64,000 bases of DNA. Source: Botryllus schlosseri. Its lineage: Eukaryota. The notes under the pieces are model-generated. The model was not told the origin of the DNA. It did no database searches and saw only the letters and a list, made by a program, of their open reading frames with translations. This document shows positions 36,601 through 49,119 of the stretch, piece by piece. The DNA lies in contig CM119372.1 in assembly GCA_051294905.1 (NCBI GenBank), positions 39,930,001-39,994,000 of the forward strand, read 5' to 3'. A program made the position numbers and the translations under genes. Position 1 is the stretch's first letter. Each line of letters starts with the position of its first letter.

Positions 36601-39600
36601 TTTCCGGTACAGCTGATGAAATAGAGATGGACGACCCTAAATTGCCCTAAGTAAATCGATTTTGCATTTTACTGCATATTTAGCTGCTCCATTCATCGAC
36701 CGTTTCAACACTACGGAGAAGTTGCCTTCGAAGCCTACACCGTCCCCATTTGCTCTCCACCCCCCCCCCTGCCGCCCAATTTCATAGCCAGCGCCCTCAA
36801 TCGCCAATTTCATCGCCAGCGCCCCCTTCACGCTCGCGAACGCCCCCAGGGGGGCGCTGGTGCCCACTTTGGGAACCACTGCCGTAAGTCGTACGCGAGA
36901 ATGTAGTAGTCTTTTCTCGGCTACAAAAATAAACATGTATTAGGTTGTTGTCAAGTAAAAGAGCTTAATGTGGATCTGGAAGCACAATTTAAAAAGACTC
37001 TTTCTCTGTCGTCGATACATCCCTTGTACTGCACTCCGATAAGGTCCAACAAGATGTCTAATATTTCTGAAACATAAATTAGGTGCTTGAGTCATCAGTA
37101 GAAAAGCTTCAGTTGTTAGCTATAATTTTGACGTGCCTGCATCTTTCTGTAGCTCACAGATGTAGCGGGATCGCAGCTAGATTAGAACATGGACTTGGAT
37201 CAGAGACAAGCCGTTACACAATGTGCTTTCAGACATATATGCTCGAATCATATATATGGGTCCTTCTGCATAATCTCGATGGTATTTTGTATCATAGAGA
37301 GATCATATCCACATATGGTCAAATTAGCCATCGTTGGTAGTCAAGTAGAAGTAACGTCCTACATTTGTACTCGAATAGCGAATTCAATGAGTTGAAGCAG
37401 GTATTTTAGGCGTAGTTTTGTCCGGAGAACTGAAAGCTGTCAAGTAGATGTAGAGTTACTCTAAGTAGAAGTGCTCTGTTACCGAGAACTTCTGGCCCTA
37501 TCACGTCGCACTTTTCCAGATATGGAGTTAGGAATTAGCATAGTGGTTATATCTCCGGTATACCCGGTTCGATTCTCGGCATTGTCAGAGATTTATTTGG
37601 AATGCGGGCACCTGTGTCGCTCGTTATGTTACGCTGACAACCAGAGTCCACATTTACGATTAGATAGACAACACGAATGTCATATGGCTGTAATAGATCA
37701 GTGATTCTCAAACTTGTCCCAAAATTACGCAACGACTCCTTGCAATTTTTTGGTTTGGAAAATAAGTTGCCTATGAATTTTTATATTCTGCAATTAATTT
37801 TCGGGTTCGCGTCAATTTTTCAGAAGGTGCTAAATAATTGTCTCGTGGACCCCAAAAGGACCGCGAACCCCAGTTCGAGAACCACTGCTGCAGATGATGA
37901 CAATTTCTGTGTATTGGCAAATGGAAGACGAATGTCATAACAATTTTTTTGTGATGAGTGACAATTTACCTTATTTCAGGATTGGAGCAAGATAGTGTAA
38001 TGGTTATGCGTCCGGCTTCTCGAGCGGTAGGTCGTGGGTTCGATCCCCGGCCGGGTCATACCAAAGACTCGAAAAATGGTATCCGCAGCTATCCTGCTAG
38101 GCGCTTAGCAATCAAGGATAGCATGGAGGAGAAAAAAAAACGGGGGCGCAGACTAGATGACCTCATGGGGCCGTATCGCAACTCCGTCGCCAAAGCATCT
38201 CGATGGTGCAGGCGAGAAAGAATATCATATCTCTCTCTCTCTCTTGGAACCATTGCATCAAATGACAGATGAAGGACGTTTTGAGTTGGAAATCAACATG
38301 GTTACGAAGGATGATGGAACTTATTGGGTTGCTAAATACAGGTGTTTTTGAGTTGTGCATATATTGGTGCATTTCATAGTTTACATCAGACATGGGGTAA
38401 TCGCGATTAGTAATCGTAATCGATTACGACGATTACAGCATTTTCAAGTAATCGTAATCGCAATCGATTACATTCGAAAAAATTCCGAAGTAATCGTAAT
38501 CGTAATCGACTACTTCCTATATCTAATCGATTTCTTTGTGAAAGAACGATTACTTTTATTTGTACAAGGACTATGACATAAACTGAACATTCGTGAACAA
38601 GAAAGATATTATACCAGGTTCATGATAACACATACGTTTGATTTTTAAATGCCATTGCTCATTATTACGTCAGAAGTAGCCTATTAGCGTTGCTAGTCAT
38701 TGCGTAAGAAGTATCCACAGTAAATAGATATTCGATGTAGGCCTACGTCACGTACATTCGTGTGATTGTAAGAACACCCGCCGTGCTGTATATCAGGTTA
38801 TCAACCCATCCCACACGTCAGTACCCCGGAGCAGGATAATTAATCACCACTCTACCAAGTAACTTGTGTATTGATGTTTGGTTAGGCAAATGCAGTTTGA
38901 CCGTTGCTGCTTGGCGAGCAGTAGCCCTATGTAGTACTACATACACCGGACAGAGATTTGAAATTTTGTACTCGTCAGATATAACATTACGGTTTCCACA
39001 ACGAAGCAATAAAAATCAACAGTTGCTGATGTATATCACAAACGAGCCTTTTTTGCCGTTTCTCGTAGCGGCAGCTTGTAGTACATTATCTGTATTAAGT
39101 TGAAGGCAGAATTTTATGTTCTCTTCATCTTATTCTCATATGACTCCACTTGAAACATGCGCTAATCGTTATTTCAAATTCTTTACTCAACATTGTGACC
39201 TGCCGCCATAGCCATGGGCTTATATATCATGTTAGCGTGGGTTGTAGCTAGACTCAGGAACAAAACAGCTATTCGTCCCCCAATCCAAACGTTAGTCTTT
39301 GGCCCCCATATGGTGATAATTTCAAGTTGAAGACTGAATTTCGTCAATAACATTGGTAATCGCATTACATTATTATTAATTTTTATTCTTCTCTCTCTCT
39401 CTCTCTGCCCCCGATGGTCAGATTTACCTGCAGAGCTGGGGGCACGTAATTCATAATTATAACGTCTGTTATCTTGTTTATAATTACTTTAGTGTATGTA
39501 GTTAATTCGTGATTTCCGGTATGTTATATAATCAAAAGATATTGTTGTATCCCTAACGTAGCAGACTAAAAGAAAAACTTTCGTGAGACGCACACAAAAA

Positions 39601-42273
39601 TTGTCATGTCTTTAATGCTCTGTGAGTGTCCGGGTGGCATTTGCATTGTGGGCTCGGATTGGAAAGACTGGACTATTAGCCACACCCGCCCAGCGCGGCT
39701 ATTGGCTATTGACAATTGACACATGCCCTAAATTTCGGCCAAGGTCTTTCTTTAGTAGCACAATTCGTGAAGTCGCGTGTTGGTCGAAATTGCATATGTC
39801 TTTTGGTGTGTCGTGGCACGGTATTGACTGGAAACTAAATGCCTATTGCTACAAATTAGGGTTGCATTTAAAACAAAAATAAATTTAAAGCGAGCATGTT
39901 TACAACATGCTCTTGTTTAAAACATGTTTTTTAAAGCCTTGACGTCACCAATGTGGATTGACATTGACAATTGAAAATATAGGGTAAATATAGCTCCTTT
40001 GATGAAATATCTGTACTATAACTGTTGAACCGACTATTTTGAGGGGTTCCAACCATCTCATATCGACGTACGTCGGCCAAATCGGGTGGTAATTGTGGAA
40101 AGCATTTACACAATTATGGCATAATTTTACAACTTAAAAAAACACAATTTAAATACATGCCTACTATAAATTATGTATGCTTTTTTGTTGAGGGGGAAAC
40201 GTATGCATTCCAAAATCAAGCTTATCTAGAGAGAATTTTCAAGTTAATTAAATCTTTCGAGAATACTCTATAATTTATGTTGGTTTACGAAATACTCTTG
40301 AGTCCCCTCCGAGCTCGCTCCCCACCCTGTTGAGAAATTTGGGGTGCGGCAGTCATGGACCTGGCAAGAATGCAATTGGTTGGGTGCGATGAATCGTCCT
40401 CTAAAAAAATGGGCAATGGGTACATTATGATGTAACAAGCAAATGACGCATCTTTTTTAAAGGAAGTTTGTTATCTCGTTAGGCCTCTTCAGCGCAATCC
40501 ATATATTGTCTTCCAATGTAACTTCTAAAATGCAAAATAAATGTAATCGTGAGTAATCGTGATTACTTTTCCAATGTAATCGTAATCGTAATCGACTACT
40601 TCCTGATTTTGCTGTAATCGTAATCGTAATCGTAATCGCGTCATTCGGAAGTAATCGTAATCGCAATCGATTACATTCATGAAGTAATCACCCCATGTCT
40701 GGTTTACATGTTAGATAATTATCATTAGTTAGTTAGCGAATGATTTGATCAGAAAATTTCGAAACTAAAACTTGATCAGTCCCAGAGCTTTATTTTCAAA
40801 GTCGATTCAGGGAGATTACAACCAGAGTAAAGCTAGTTTTGAACTATATTATTCGCTCAATACCCACGCTCTTCTATAGTTTGTTCATTGCTAATGTTCG
40901 TCGTGTATGGCTTCACTCAATAGAGACATTTGCGAATAACTTTGTAGGAAATTTCCTATGAAAAGTCCAGAGGTTCGAAAAGGGTGTGAAATCAGAGCGC
41001 TGACTTCGCGAATCGTGCCCAATTAAGCATGACCGAAAATCATACCGAGTTTTGACGACGGGCTATAGTTGAAATGAACAACAATTCCAATCAAACAATC
41101 AAGTTTTTTATGATCGCGCAGCCTCGAAGTTGGACAGGATATATTTTTGATACCTATATTTATTTCGAGCCCTGGCTGACCAACTAGCTTGTTGTAGAAT
41201 GTAAATTCGTTTATCCATTTTATGGGAGTTGTTTTTGCATCTTGTAGGGATAATGGGATGTTATTGACTATTCGTTGTGTTGGAGACGTGTCAGCACTCA
41301 GCTTCCTTTGCGAGGTTACGGTGATACTGCTAAATCCAACCCCGCAGTGAGCTGTAATCCAAAGGATTGTAATATTTATCCCAGCACGATGAAGATCTCT
41401 GTAGGAAGTTGAAATACCATTGACCATAGCGTCTACAACTCTGCGTATACACGTACAGTGCATAAATGGGTTTACGAATTTACAGTATATAGCTAAGGCG
41501 CTCAAACTATCTGATATAACTGCGACCCCTCATGTATGTATGGATCCTCGTCGAACGGCATCAAGTATCCGATTAAGACTAATTCTGACGTCAAGATCGA
41601 CATCCGTCTATTTAGGGAGGATTTATGCGAGACATCGAGTAAAATAGGCTACTTTGAAACCGGGCCCACAATCATTTACGGTCTTTGAACGTATAGCTTA
41701 CATATTCTTCACTTTAGTTTGTTGAATGATTTCCGGGTGATCTCTAGATCTGTGTACTAGACCGTGAGATTCACGACTAACAGTATACAGTAATTGTTGT
41801 AAAGTAAGTTTTAGGCTCCAAATATCCAGCTGCTATGATTTTCAAACTATGCAGTAAAGAGAAAATGACGCCACATTCCAATCAACACGATATTAAAATT
41901 TTGTTCCGAAACCCAATTTATTCTCAAATCGAATTTATCAACGTACGCGAAATTTCAATTTTTCAGTCATTTTCGCATCGGACCCGTCTCCGACAACTAC
42001 AGACTGACCGCATCTGGATACTCCGGAAATGTAACCTTCGATGCTCTCTCCCGTCACAGCAATGTGCAATTCACAACCAAAGACTCCGATCACGATGTTT
42101 GGCCGGGAAATTGCGGTTCACACGACGACGCAGGCTGGTGGTATATCAGGTGTGCCTACTGCAATCTGAACGGAAATTTCAACAAAACAGACCACAAGGG
42201 AATGTGGTGGTATGACGGTGCTTCCTATAGACGGCTGCGTTATGCGGAGATGAAGTTTCGCAGAATATTCTGA
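33319..42273 (+). CDS. Ficolin-like protein (signal peptide, Cys motif, 14 Gly-X-Y triplets, fibrinogen C-terminal domain); join(33319..33652,33716..33870,34507..34603,37980..38341 [SINE-interrupted],41967..42273); probably frameshifted allele
   Basis: Hydrophobic N-terminus, collagen run GKAGPQ...GPS, then FReD motifs VFCD..W, VFQRR.NG.VDFFRGW..Y..GFG...[18 protein letters not shown]...NLNG, EMKFR. Confidence 0.9.
33716..33870 (+). CDS. Ficolin-like exon: start of fibrinogen domain ([12 protein letters not shown]...[27 protein letters not shown])
   Basis: 63-bp intron before it; ttctag acceptor, gtaagt donor; phase 1 to 0. Confidence 0.88.
34507..34603 (+). CDS. Ficolin-like exon ([33 protein letters not shown])
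   Basis: Canonical FReD motif; donor G|gtatga. Confidence 0.92.
35168..35729. mobile_element. hAT-type MITE family G (TIR CAGGGTTG.AAT, GACTCGAGTC arrays); copies ~8074-8495, ~32345-32600, 33882-34453, ~46396-46550
   Basis: TSD gcaatctc/ccaatctc. Confidence 0.8.
37980..38341 (+). pseudogene. Ficolin-like exon 4 disrupted by a SINE; without the insert it reads [34 protein letters not shown]
   Basis: tttcag|GA TTG GA, then SINE, then TTG GAA CCA TTG CAT...TAC AG|gtgttt; net insertion 262 nt (+1 frameshift, TGA at 38270-38272). Confidence 0.8.
37987..38243 (+). mobile_element. tRNA-derived SINE with (CT)n tail; second copy ~45823-45977
   Basis: A box TAGTGTAATGG, B box GGTTCGATCCC, TSD ttgga; central AAAGACT..AAAAATGGTA..GC segment resembles the MetaSINE central domain as I recall it. 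Confidence 0.88.
38387..40701. mobile_element. 2.3-kb non-autonomous hAT element (TIR CAGACATGGGGT, subterminal (GTAATC)n arrays) in ficolin intron 4
   Basis: Exact 8-bp TSD gtttacat; contains a nested repeat ~39830-40165 also seen at ~31055-31435. Confidence 0.88.
41000..41620 (-). mobile_element. Decayed non-LTR retrotransposon RNase H fragment
   Basis: Minus strand [12 protein letters not shown] and [13 protein letters not shown] match the RNase H motifs (SDS.SAL, W.P.H.G..GN) of I/Ingi/Nimb-type LINEs; stops upstream. Confidence 0.65.
41967..42273 (+). CDS. Ficolin-like last exon ([13 protein letters not shown]...[14 protein letters not shown]...EMKFRRIF*)
   Basis: tttcag acceptor, phase 2; contains ORF 42064..42273. 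Confidence 0.92.
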
Positions 42274-42640
42274 AAAGACATGACAATACGTGATGTTTGA
42301 AAAAAACTATAAAATCGACATTTTCTAGAAAACTGTTGCCGATATAACTAGAGCCCGACCGATCATTATCGGTTCGCCGATGATAGCAAGTCGATATCAC
42401 ATTTTGCAAGAAATATCGGTACCGGCATTAGAAGTAAAAAATCATCGGCAATTTTCGTGACGTCACAGAATGGCAGCGGGAAGACAGAGAGTTACAAGTG
42501 TCTATATGCAGCCTTAAAGCTTTCTAGTTTATTTCGTGTCCATTGTCCATGTTCAAGCATAGCAATGGCTGTAAAACTGTTCAAATAAATGCTCTAAAGT
42601 TTTGGTAATGCGCTTTAAGCTACATACCATATCTTTATCG

Positions 42641-43824
42641 CAGGGGTGGGCAAACTACGGCCCGCGGGCCGCATGCGGCCCGCAACACCGTTCTGTGCGG
42701 CCCGCGAGAGTCAATGGAAACTTCTTTTAAATATTGATAAAATGCGTACAAAAAATCGAATTAATGCAGGGACTTGATTAAACATTTTCTTAGTATAATT
42801 GACCATGATAATTCTAAGACTGTGGTTCTCAAACTGGGTGGCGTGAAAGCATCTGAAAGGGGGGCGCGAAGCTGAGCTAAACGAAAAAATTTTTCACGCT
42901 CCGCGCGATTTACTTCAAATTCATAATTCTTGCTCTGTATTTAGTCTGAATTTCATGTTTCAAAATATCTCATCCACAGTCGTAACCTTCCATGCCAGTG
43001 AACTATCCGTTAGGTCTGCTAGCATCGTGGTTGCGTTTTGTACTGTGACGATAAGGGGGCGCGAAATCTTTCACCATCATACGGGGGGGGGGGGGGGGAG
43101 GCGTGTGTCTTAAAAAAATGAGAACCACTGTTCTAGGGTAAATACTTCCTATTATTCTTTTTTATGTTTAATTTCTGGCGCGACAGCCCGATCTCAAGAC
43201 CCACGCAGTTTGAAAGGTTTCAACTGCTGAACATCACAGAAATCCTAAACGAGTTTGACGTAATTCGGATCACGAGTGTGATTTCAGATTGGCCACTCCA
43301 GTTTTAATTATTTCAGTGATGTGCTTATAAAAACGATTCGCGCGTGTTTTAGGTAGATTCGTTCTCTGTATGCGTAGAATCGGGGTAATAATATATTATA
43401 TCTACACATAGAAGAAGCGAGTTTGAAGCTAACATGGTTATGATGCTGTCAGCATTGTGTGTCATGGAACAGAACCAAAACTGGAATTAGTAAATCTATG
43501 AACAGATCGCTGCTCACAGATCTAAATTTCGATCCTGTTCTAAAAAGCGGGACAACCGACTTTCATCTCTATAGTTTTTACAAATTGGTTATAGAGGTCT
43601 ACCATCCTATAGAATCTCGCCAATGTTTCTGACGCGTGTACGATATCATCAACACAATATTTGGTTTGTTTTAAATAAGCACTTACATTATCTCCATGTC
43701 CTCGCTATGTAATCAAATACCAATATTGCGTTTTGGTTTATAATCCCAATTCTATATAGTACGGCCCGCAAATGGATTCAGATGTTGAATGCGGCCCGCG
43801 AGCTCAAAAGTTTGCCCACCCCTG
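42641..43824. mobile_element. Buster/Charlie-type hAT deletion derivative (TIR CAGGGGTGGGCAAACT); second copy 44979..45805
   Basis: Exact TSD ctttatcg (second copy agattggg/agataggg); interior KSMNRSLLTDLNF and KSLLTDPILHLVLRIG resemble Buster transposase C-termini; nested C.GTGGTTCTCAA element ~42820-43110. Confidence 0.85.
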
Positions 43825-44039
43825 CTTTATCGTATCGACTGAATATATCGGGGTTATCGGTTAAGGTGATAGTGATCGGTTAAATATATGTCTTAGCATA
43901 TAACAAGTACAGACATATGCAGCTCAGATTATTTATCGTGAGACTTGTACAAACTTGTACTTAGAAGTTTTTTTTTCATCGTTGAGTTATATTTTTCATC
44001 TGAACAAGTCACACACAATGTACAATGCGATTAGACACA

Positions 44040-44230
44040 ATGCGATGTCATGTGTCGATGTGTCATGTGTCATGTGTGCGATCTAACATCCACCTCGGCC
44101 TGGAGTGCCCGATGTCACAGTTCTTTTCAATGTTGATCTTTTTGAAGCCGCGGCCCTTTCTTCTAGTTCTTTCCATTCCTTGTGAGTGCTTGCTTTCGTC
44201 GGGTCTTTTTCTGGGCTTTTTTTGTCGCCG
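44040..44230 (-). mobile_element. Probable RTE-like LINE 3' end with (GACACAT)n tail; related fragment ~46160-46300
   Basis: Shared GTGCCCGATGTCACAG block; basic peptide ending ...CDIGH; tandem-repeat tail. Confidence 0.45.
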
Positions 44231-47200
44231 TAAGAACGGCAACGGCGGGGAAAGAAGGGCCCAGATAAACCTCCGACGGGAATCGAATAGGGTCCGCCAG
44301 ATTAGTAGGCGCTTATCGTCACCGCTACGCAATGTCCCTCGCTAAGTTCATTTTGTAAGCAATCGGCATCACGCCGTCGTGCTTCGACCGAACAATACGA
44401 TGACACATTCCAAAGTGCAGCCTCGTATTTATTTTTGAACTGGTATCAGAATGGGAACACTCATGTTTTCGTTTTGTGTGAAAATTATATTTTAATGGTT
44501 TTGTTCTTAATGCACTCTATTGATATTTATTTTTCAGCGAAAAAATAATAATGTGGATTCCGCGAAGGATTGAAGGTAAAGAACCACGGGTTTAACTGTA
44601 ACGGGTCTTCTGTGTAAACTACTCATTAAAACTCGCAGCTTGCGGCCACGAAAGTATTTTTCGATCTTTACTGCTTTAAAACAGCGGTATTCAGATTCAT
44701 CCGACTACATCGCGAGACGGCGATATGGAGTCGTAATCAATGCAAGCATCTTTGCTGGTGGATCAGTGGTCAGGAATCTATCTTTTGGTAGTTGCATATG
44801 GCTCTCAATCAATAAATCAATCAACGGTCAGATCATGTTTTCATCTGGCCAAGACACGCAAAAAATGTACAATGCGAAATACAAAACACAAAATGCGGTG
44901 TAATGAACATATAGGGGGATGCCGAACGACCAACCAGTCGGGGTCTCTTGAACTGGCATCCACCTCGACAAGATTGGGCAGGGGTGGGAAAACTACGGCC
45001 CGCGCGCGTCGCATGCGGCCCACGAAAGCCTCACGAAACGTTGTAAAAATATTGATAAAATGCGTACGAAAATCAATTACTGTGGGTATACTTGGTTATA
45101 AACTTTTTCCAAATATATCTCAACATGATAATGATAAGTTATATGCTTTCTGTAGTGTTTATATTTTTATTTTATTGATGGTGCAATAGCCTGACCTCGG
45201 GGCCCATGTATTTTGAAAGGTTGCCATTCCTAAACGTCACACAAAGTGAAACGTAAATCCCCTAATTCGGACCACGAGTGTGATATCCAATTCGCTTCAT
45301 GAGCAAGTATATTATTGTTAGTGCTGTACTCGATTCGCAAGTGTGTTGGATAGATTCGGTATTTGTCTGTGTAGAAGTAGCCGATTTCTATTTATAATAT
45401 TTATGTATCGTAAAAGCGTATTTAAAGGTAACATGGTTATAATGTTGTCAGCATTGTGTGTTTTGGAGTTAAGCCAAAAGCACAACCAGCGAATCTTTGA
45501 ACAAATCGTTGCTCACAGACCCAATTTTACATCTAGTTCTAAGAATCGGACACCCGAATTTCATCTCTAATTTAAACAATGAGGGCGACCAGCTTGCACA
45601 TTCCCGTGTACGTTATAATCATATCAATGCTTGGTTTGTTTTAAATATACAAATACGGATATATTTATTTCCATGTTCTCGGTCACTATATAATCAAATT
45701 ATAATATAGAATATTAGATTGGTATCCTAATTCTATATAATGCAGCCCGCGAATGGTTTCAAATGTTGAATGCGGCCCGCGATCTGAAAAGTTTGCCCAT
45801 CCCCGAGATAGGGTAATATCCGACAAGATATCGTAATGGTGAAGCGTCCGGCTTCTTGATCGGTAGGTCGTGGGTTCGATCCCCGGCCGGGTCAGATCAA
45901 ACACCTGATTAGTAACACTGGTATCCATAACTGCGCCGTTTGGCGCTCATGCGTTATCGGCATAGCATGGAGGAGAGGTGCAAGACTTACAAAGCCGTGC
46001 AAGTCTATTGTTGTACCTTCATTGTCCGGCGGCATATGCACATCATGCACTCATGGTAAACATATGCGCAGACCATGCGCATGTATATCATGAGTCGGTG
46101 TGTATATGCCGTAAAAACATCCAGGACAAAAATAAACTACGTCCTTTCCTATTCCTTTCGACCTAGTGCCCGATGTCACAGTCTTCTTCAATGTTATTCT
46201 TTCTTCGTCGGTCCTTTTGAGAAGCTATTTCTATCACTTTTTCTTTCTTTCTTTCTTTCGTTCTTTCTCGGGTCTTTCTTTCACTCAGATCAATATAAGT
46301 TGGCAGCTATGAAATAGCACGATTATCAAGAAAAAAATCCATTGCAATTTTCCGTATGAGTTTGCAAGACAAACATACACGTGCAGGTATGTAACAGGGC
46401 TGTAAAGTAATGGTTACTCGACTCTCAAATTACGGAAATTGACTCGACTAGACTTTCAGAGTTAATCTGTGTATTGACTCGACTTGAACTCGAGTCATTG
46501 GTATTGGATTGAGTTGCGACTCTGAGCCTTGTGAATCGGTTGCAGCCCTGCTGCTTACTCGGTATATAATCGTATTCACCGATATATCTAACTCGCCTTC
46601 CGTCACGTGCCACCTCATGTCATCGCTTGTCCTTTAATGTTATTTTCTATTACTCTTCATTCACTGTGCATTAGGGTTGTTCAAAAAAGATTTTTTTTCA
46701 ATTTTTACAGCCCTTTAATAAAAATGTTACGTTGGCTGAAAAAATGTTGCACATCAAATTTGGCTCGATTCTAATTAGTAGATGTGAAGCTATACTACTT
46801 GTGAATCGCTACTTTTACTTGTAGTTGAGTGGAAATGTACGGGCTACTTCTACTTGATTACCAACGATAATTACTTTAACCAAGAAGTACCTGCATCTTA
46901 CCACAGTACACAAGTAGATTTTGTCTACTCGAACTATACTGACTCAAGGGCTCTGTTTTTAGACTGCTAATCCACACACTGTAACAGACTTGGACCGCTA
47001 GATAATTCTAGTTGTATAAGTAGACCAGGGGGGAACATTTTCAGGCAAAGGGCCACATGAGATCTGCGAACCATTGCGAGGGCCACTTGAATGTTGACGA
47101 CCATTTTATAGTCTTCCGATAGGAGATAACCGGATTAGGTAACGGTACAATAATACTTATAATAATACGCATCAAAATAAATAAGAATTATGACATGAAG

Positions 47201-48807
47201 ATCCGTTGTGCAGACACGACGTAACGCCCCGCGAATTCGTTTTAAAGTTAATGAATGAATTCGGTCAATATTAATATTACTTGCATATTTTCCGGGTCGC
47301 CTCTGCACACCGCTGGGCTCGTTTTGCAAGGACAGGATTATTTGACGCTTGGACTTATAAATATCGAAGATTTCGGCAACTATTGTACTTTGTGGTCATA
47401 TACGAAGACCTGCGAAAAATGTGACTGACCCCTGGCTACGCCAATGCGGCGGAACCGATATTTTAGCCATCAAAATCCCAAATTTCGCGTTTAGAATAAT
47501 CAAATTTTGTTAATTTATTTTCTGATGATCCAACTAATTTCGAGAATTACCTCGCGGGTCACTCAAAACCTCGCGGCCCACGGGTTGGACCCCCCTGAAT
47601 TAGACCAATTAGAAAAAAAGCCGGTAATCTAATTCTATTCTAATTTGAAAAATGACTGTGTAGCTATAATTCTAATTGTAATCTAATTTTGAATGTTTCT
47701 ATGCCCTCATTTCGATTGTGGGCTAATCTAATTTCTGGATTTCCTGACAATGTTACACAAGAACTGCATCGTGCGAAACGAGTCAAGCATGCTGTACAGA
47801 CATTTGCTATTTTCTCGCTTCTTAGAATAAACTCTGATTGATCATAAACTGAACTCGATTTTTGTTGTAATTCTTACTAACTCGGAATTAAAGTCAATTC
47901 CCAAATTTTTACGAATTCAGTAATTCTAATTCTGATCTAACCTAGAAATGACTGTGTTTGGAGAAGCTGAGAATTGCCTGAGTCGTCAAAGTCAGGATTA
48001 TCTGTCTTATTATCAAACTTTGGGATGTTGGCTTTTTCGGCAGCCTACCTGAACCATTATGAAAATAAACCGAATAGTAAACCCGAGATATCACAACAAA
48101 AAATCACGAAGTCACAAATGATGATATCACGTATTGTTCATCGACTAAATACGAACCGGTTTCGCAGAAAATCGGAGAAAATACGCGAATACGAATCGAA
48201 CAAAAGTTGAAGGATTGCGAAAAACGAACAGAACAGCGTTCGATAGGATTGATTACTGTAACGTCATGGAGGGCGAGCGATATTGATAACGAATTGAGCG
48301 TCGCGACGAAAACGAAACGGGCGACTATATAGAAAAGGGGTGAAAATATCAAAAATAAAATACAAAAAACAAGAAGCGTATAAAGTACCAGAATTATATA
48401 AATTGGAACGAGTCAGATTTCGTTTTTATCGAAATCGTGGAACAGAAAATTACGAATTACGACAAGAAAATAGCAAATACAAACGTGACGTCACGATTGG
48501 TAAAGCAAAACGATTCTCGGGTATTTCCTTCCGGATCAGTTTAGCGGCAGTAAATTCTCAGTAAAAAGCGATCAAGTGGTGACCCCGGCCGATTTCGTAG
48601 TTATTAACCAATAATCCCGATATAATTAGTCGATATTCAAAAGATACGGCATTTTCAAAACTTCAGAGCATTCATTTTTCCACCTTTAAAGTCCGACACC
48701 GATATTTCTTTTAAAGCGTGATATCGACTCGATATGATCGGCGAATCGATAAATCGGCCGGGCTCAAATCCAGCGTAATTATCTACTAATCATTGACGAT
48801 AAGTAAA

Positions 48808-49119
48808 CTATTCGACTTGATCGGGAACCCCGTTCGATACCGGTTCCGTGACTTCACGATCGATTTCCGCGCTAGATACCGCCCCAGAGTCTGGTCTAGG
48901 CTGATGTAAGCCTCTTAAAAGGTGCACGTTGAAGTAGTATTTCTCGTGACAGTCCTGGTCGCATATCGTGCATCGGTATGGCGCGCTGCGGTCGTGGCAC
49001 GTCATATGCAGGGCGTGCATGGTGTCGTCTCCGAACGTGATGTCGCAGTACGTGCAAACGCGTTTGGATTCGTCGGTGCAAGTTTGAGTGCTGGTTTCAG
49101 AGGTCGAGGTTGACGGCGC
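48808..49119 (-). CDS. TRPS1: Last exon: Ikaros/hunchback-type dimerisation zinc-finger pair
   Basis: attag|GCG CCG TCA ... GAA TAG; extends ORF 48808..49020. Confidence 0.9.
   Translation of the reverse strand, partial: APSTSTSETSTQTCTDESKRVCTYCDITFGDDTMHALHMTCHDRSAPYRCTICDQDCHEKYYFNVHLLRGLHQPRPDSGAVSSAEIDREVTEPVSNGVPDQVE

Noticed and set aside
38132..38140. A9 homopolymer in the SINE as the frame-restoring site
   Set aside because: Deleting one A brings TAG 38154-38156 into frame, so only the (CT)n tail or the cryptic acceptor can rescue the frame.
41023..41505. 160-aa ORF, the longest in the track, as a nested host gene
   Set aside because: Carries degenerate RNase H motifs with upstream stops; best read as a decayed LINE.
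44063..46310. Two minus-strand basic peptides both ending NIExxCDIGH, possibly duplicated exons of a new gene
   Set aside because: A tandem-repeat tail and resemblance to RTE-type ORF ends make LINE 3' fragments more likely; no other exons were found.
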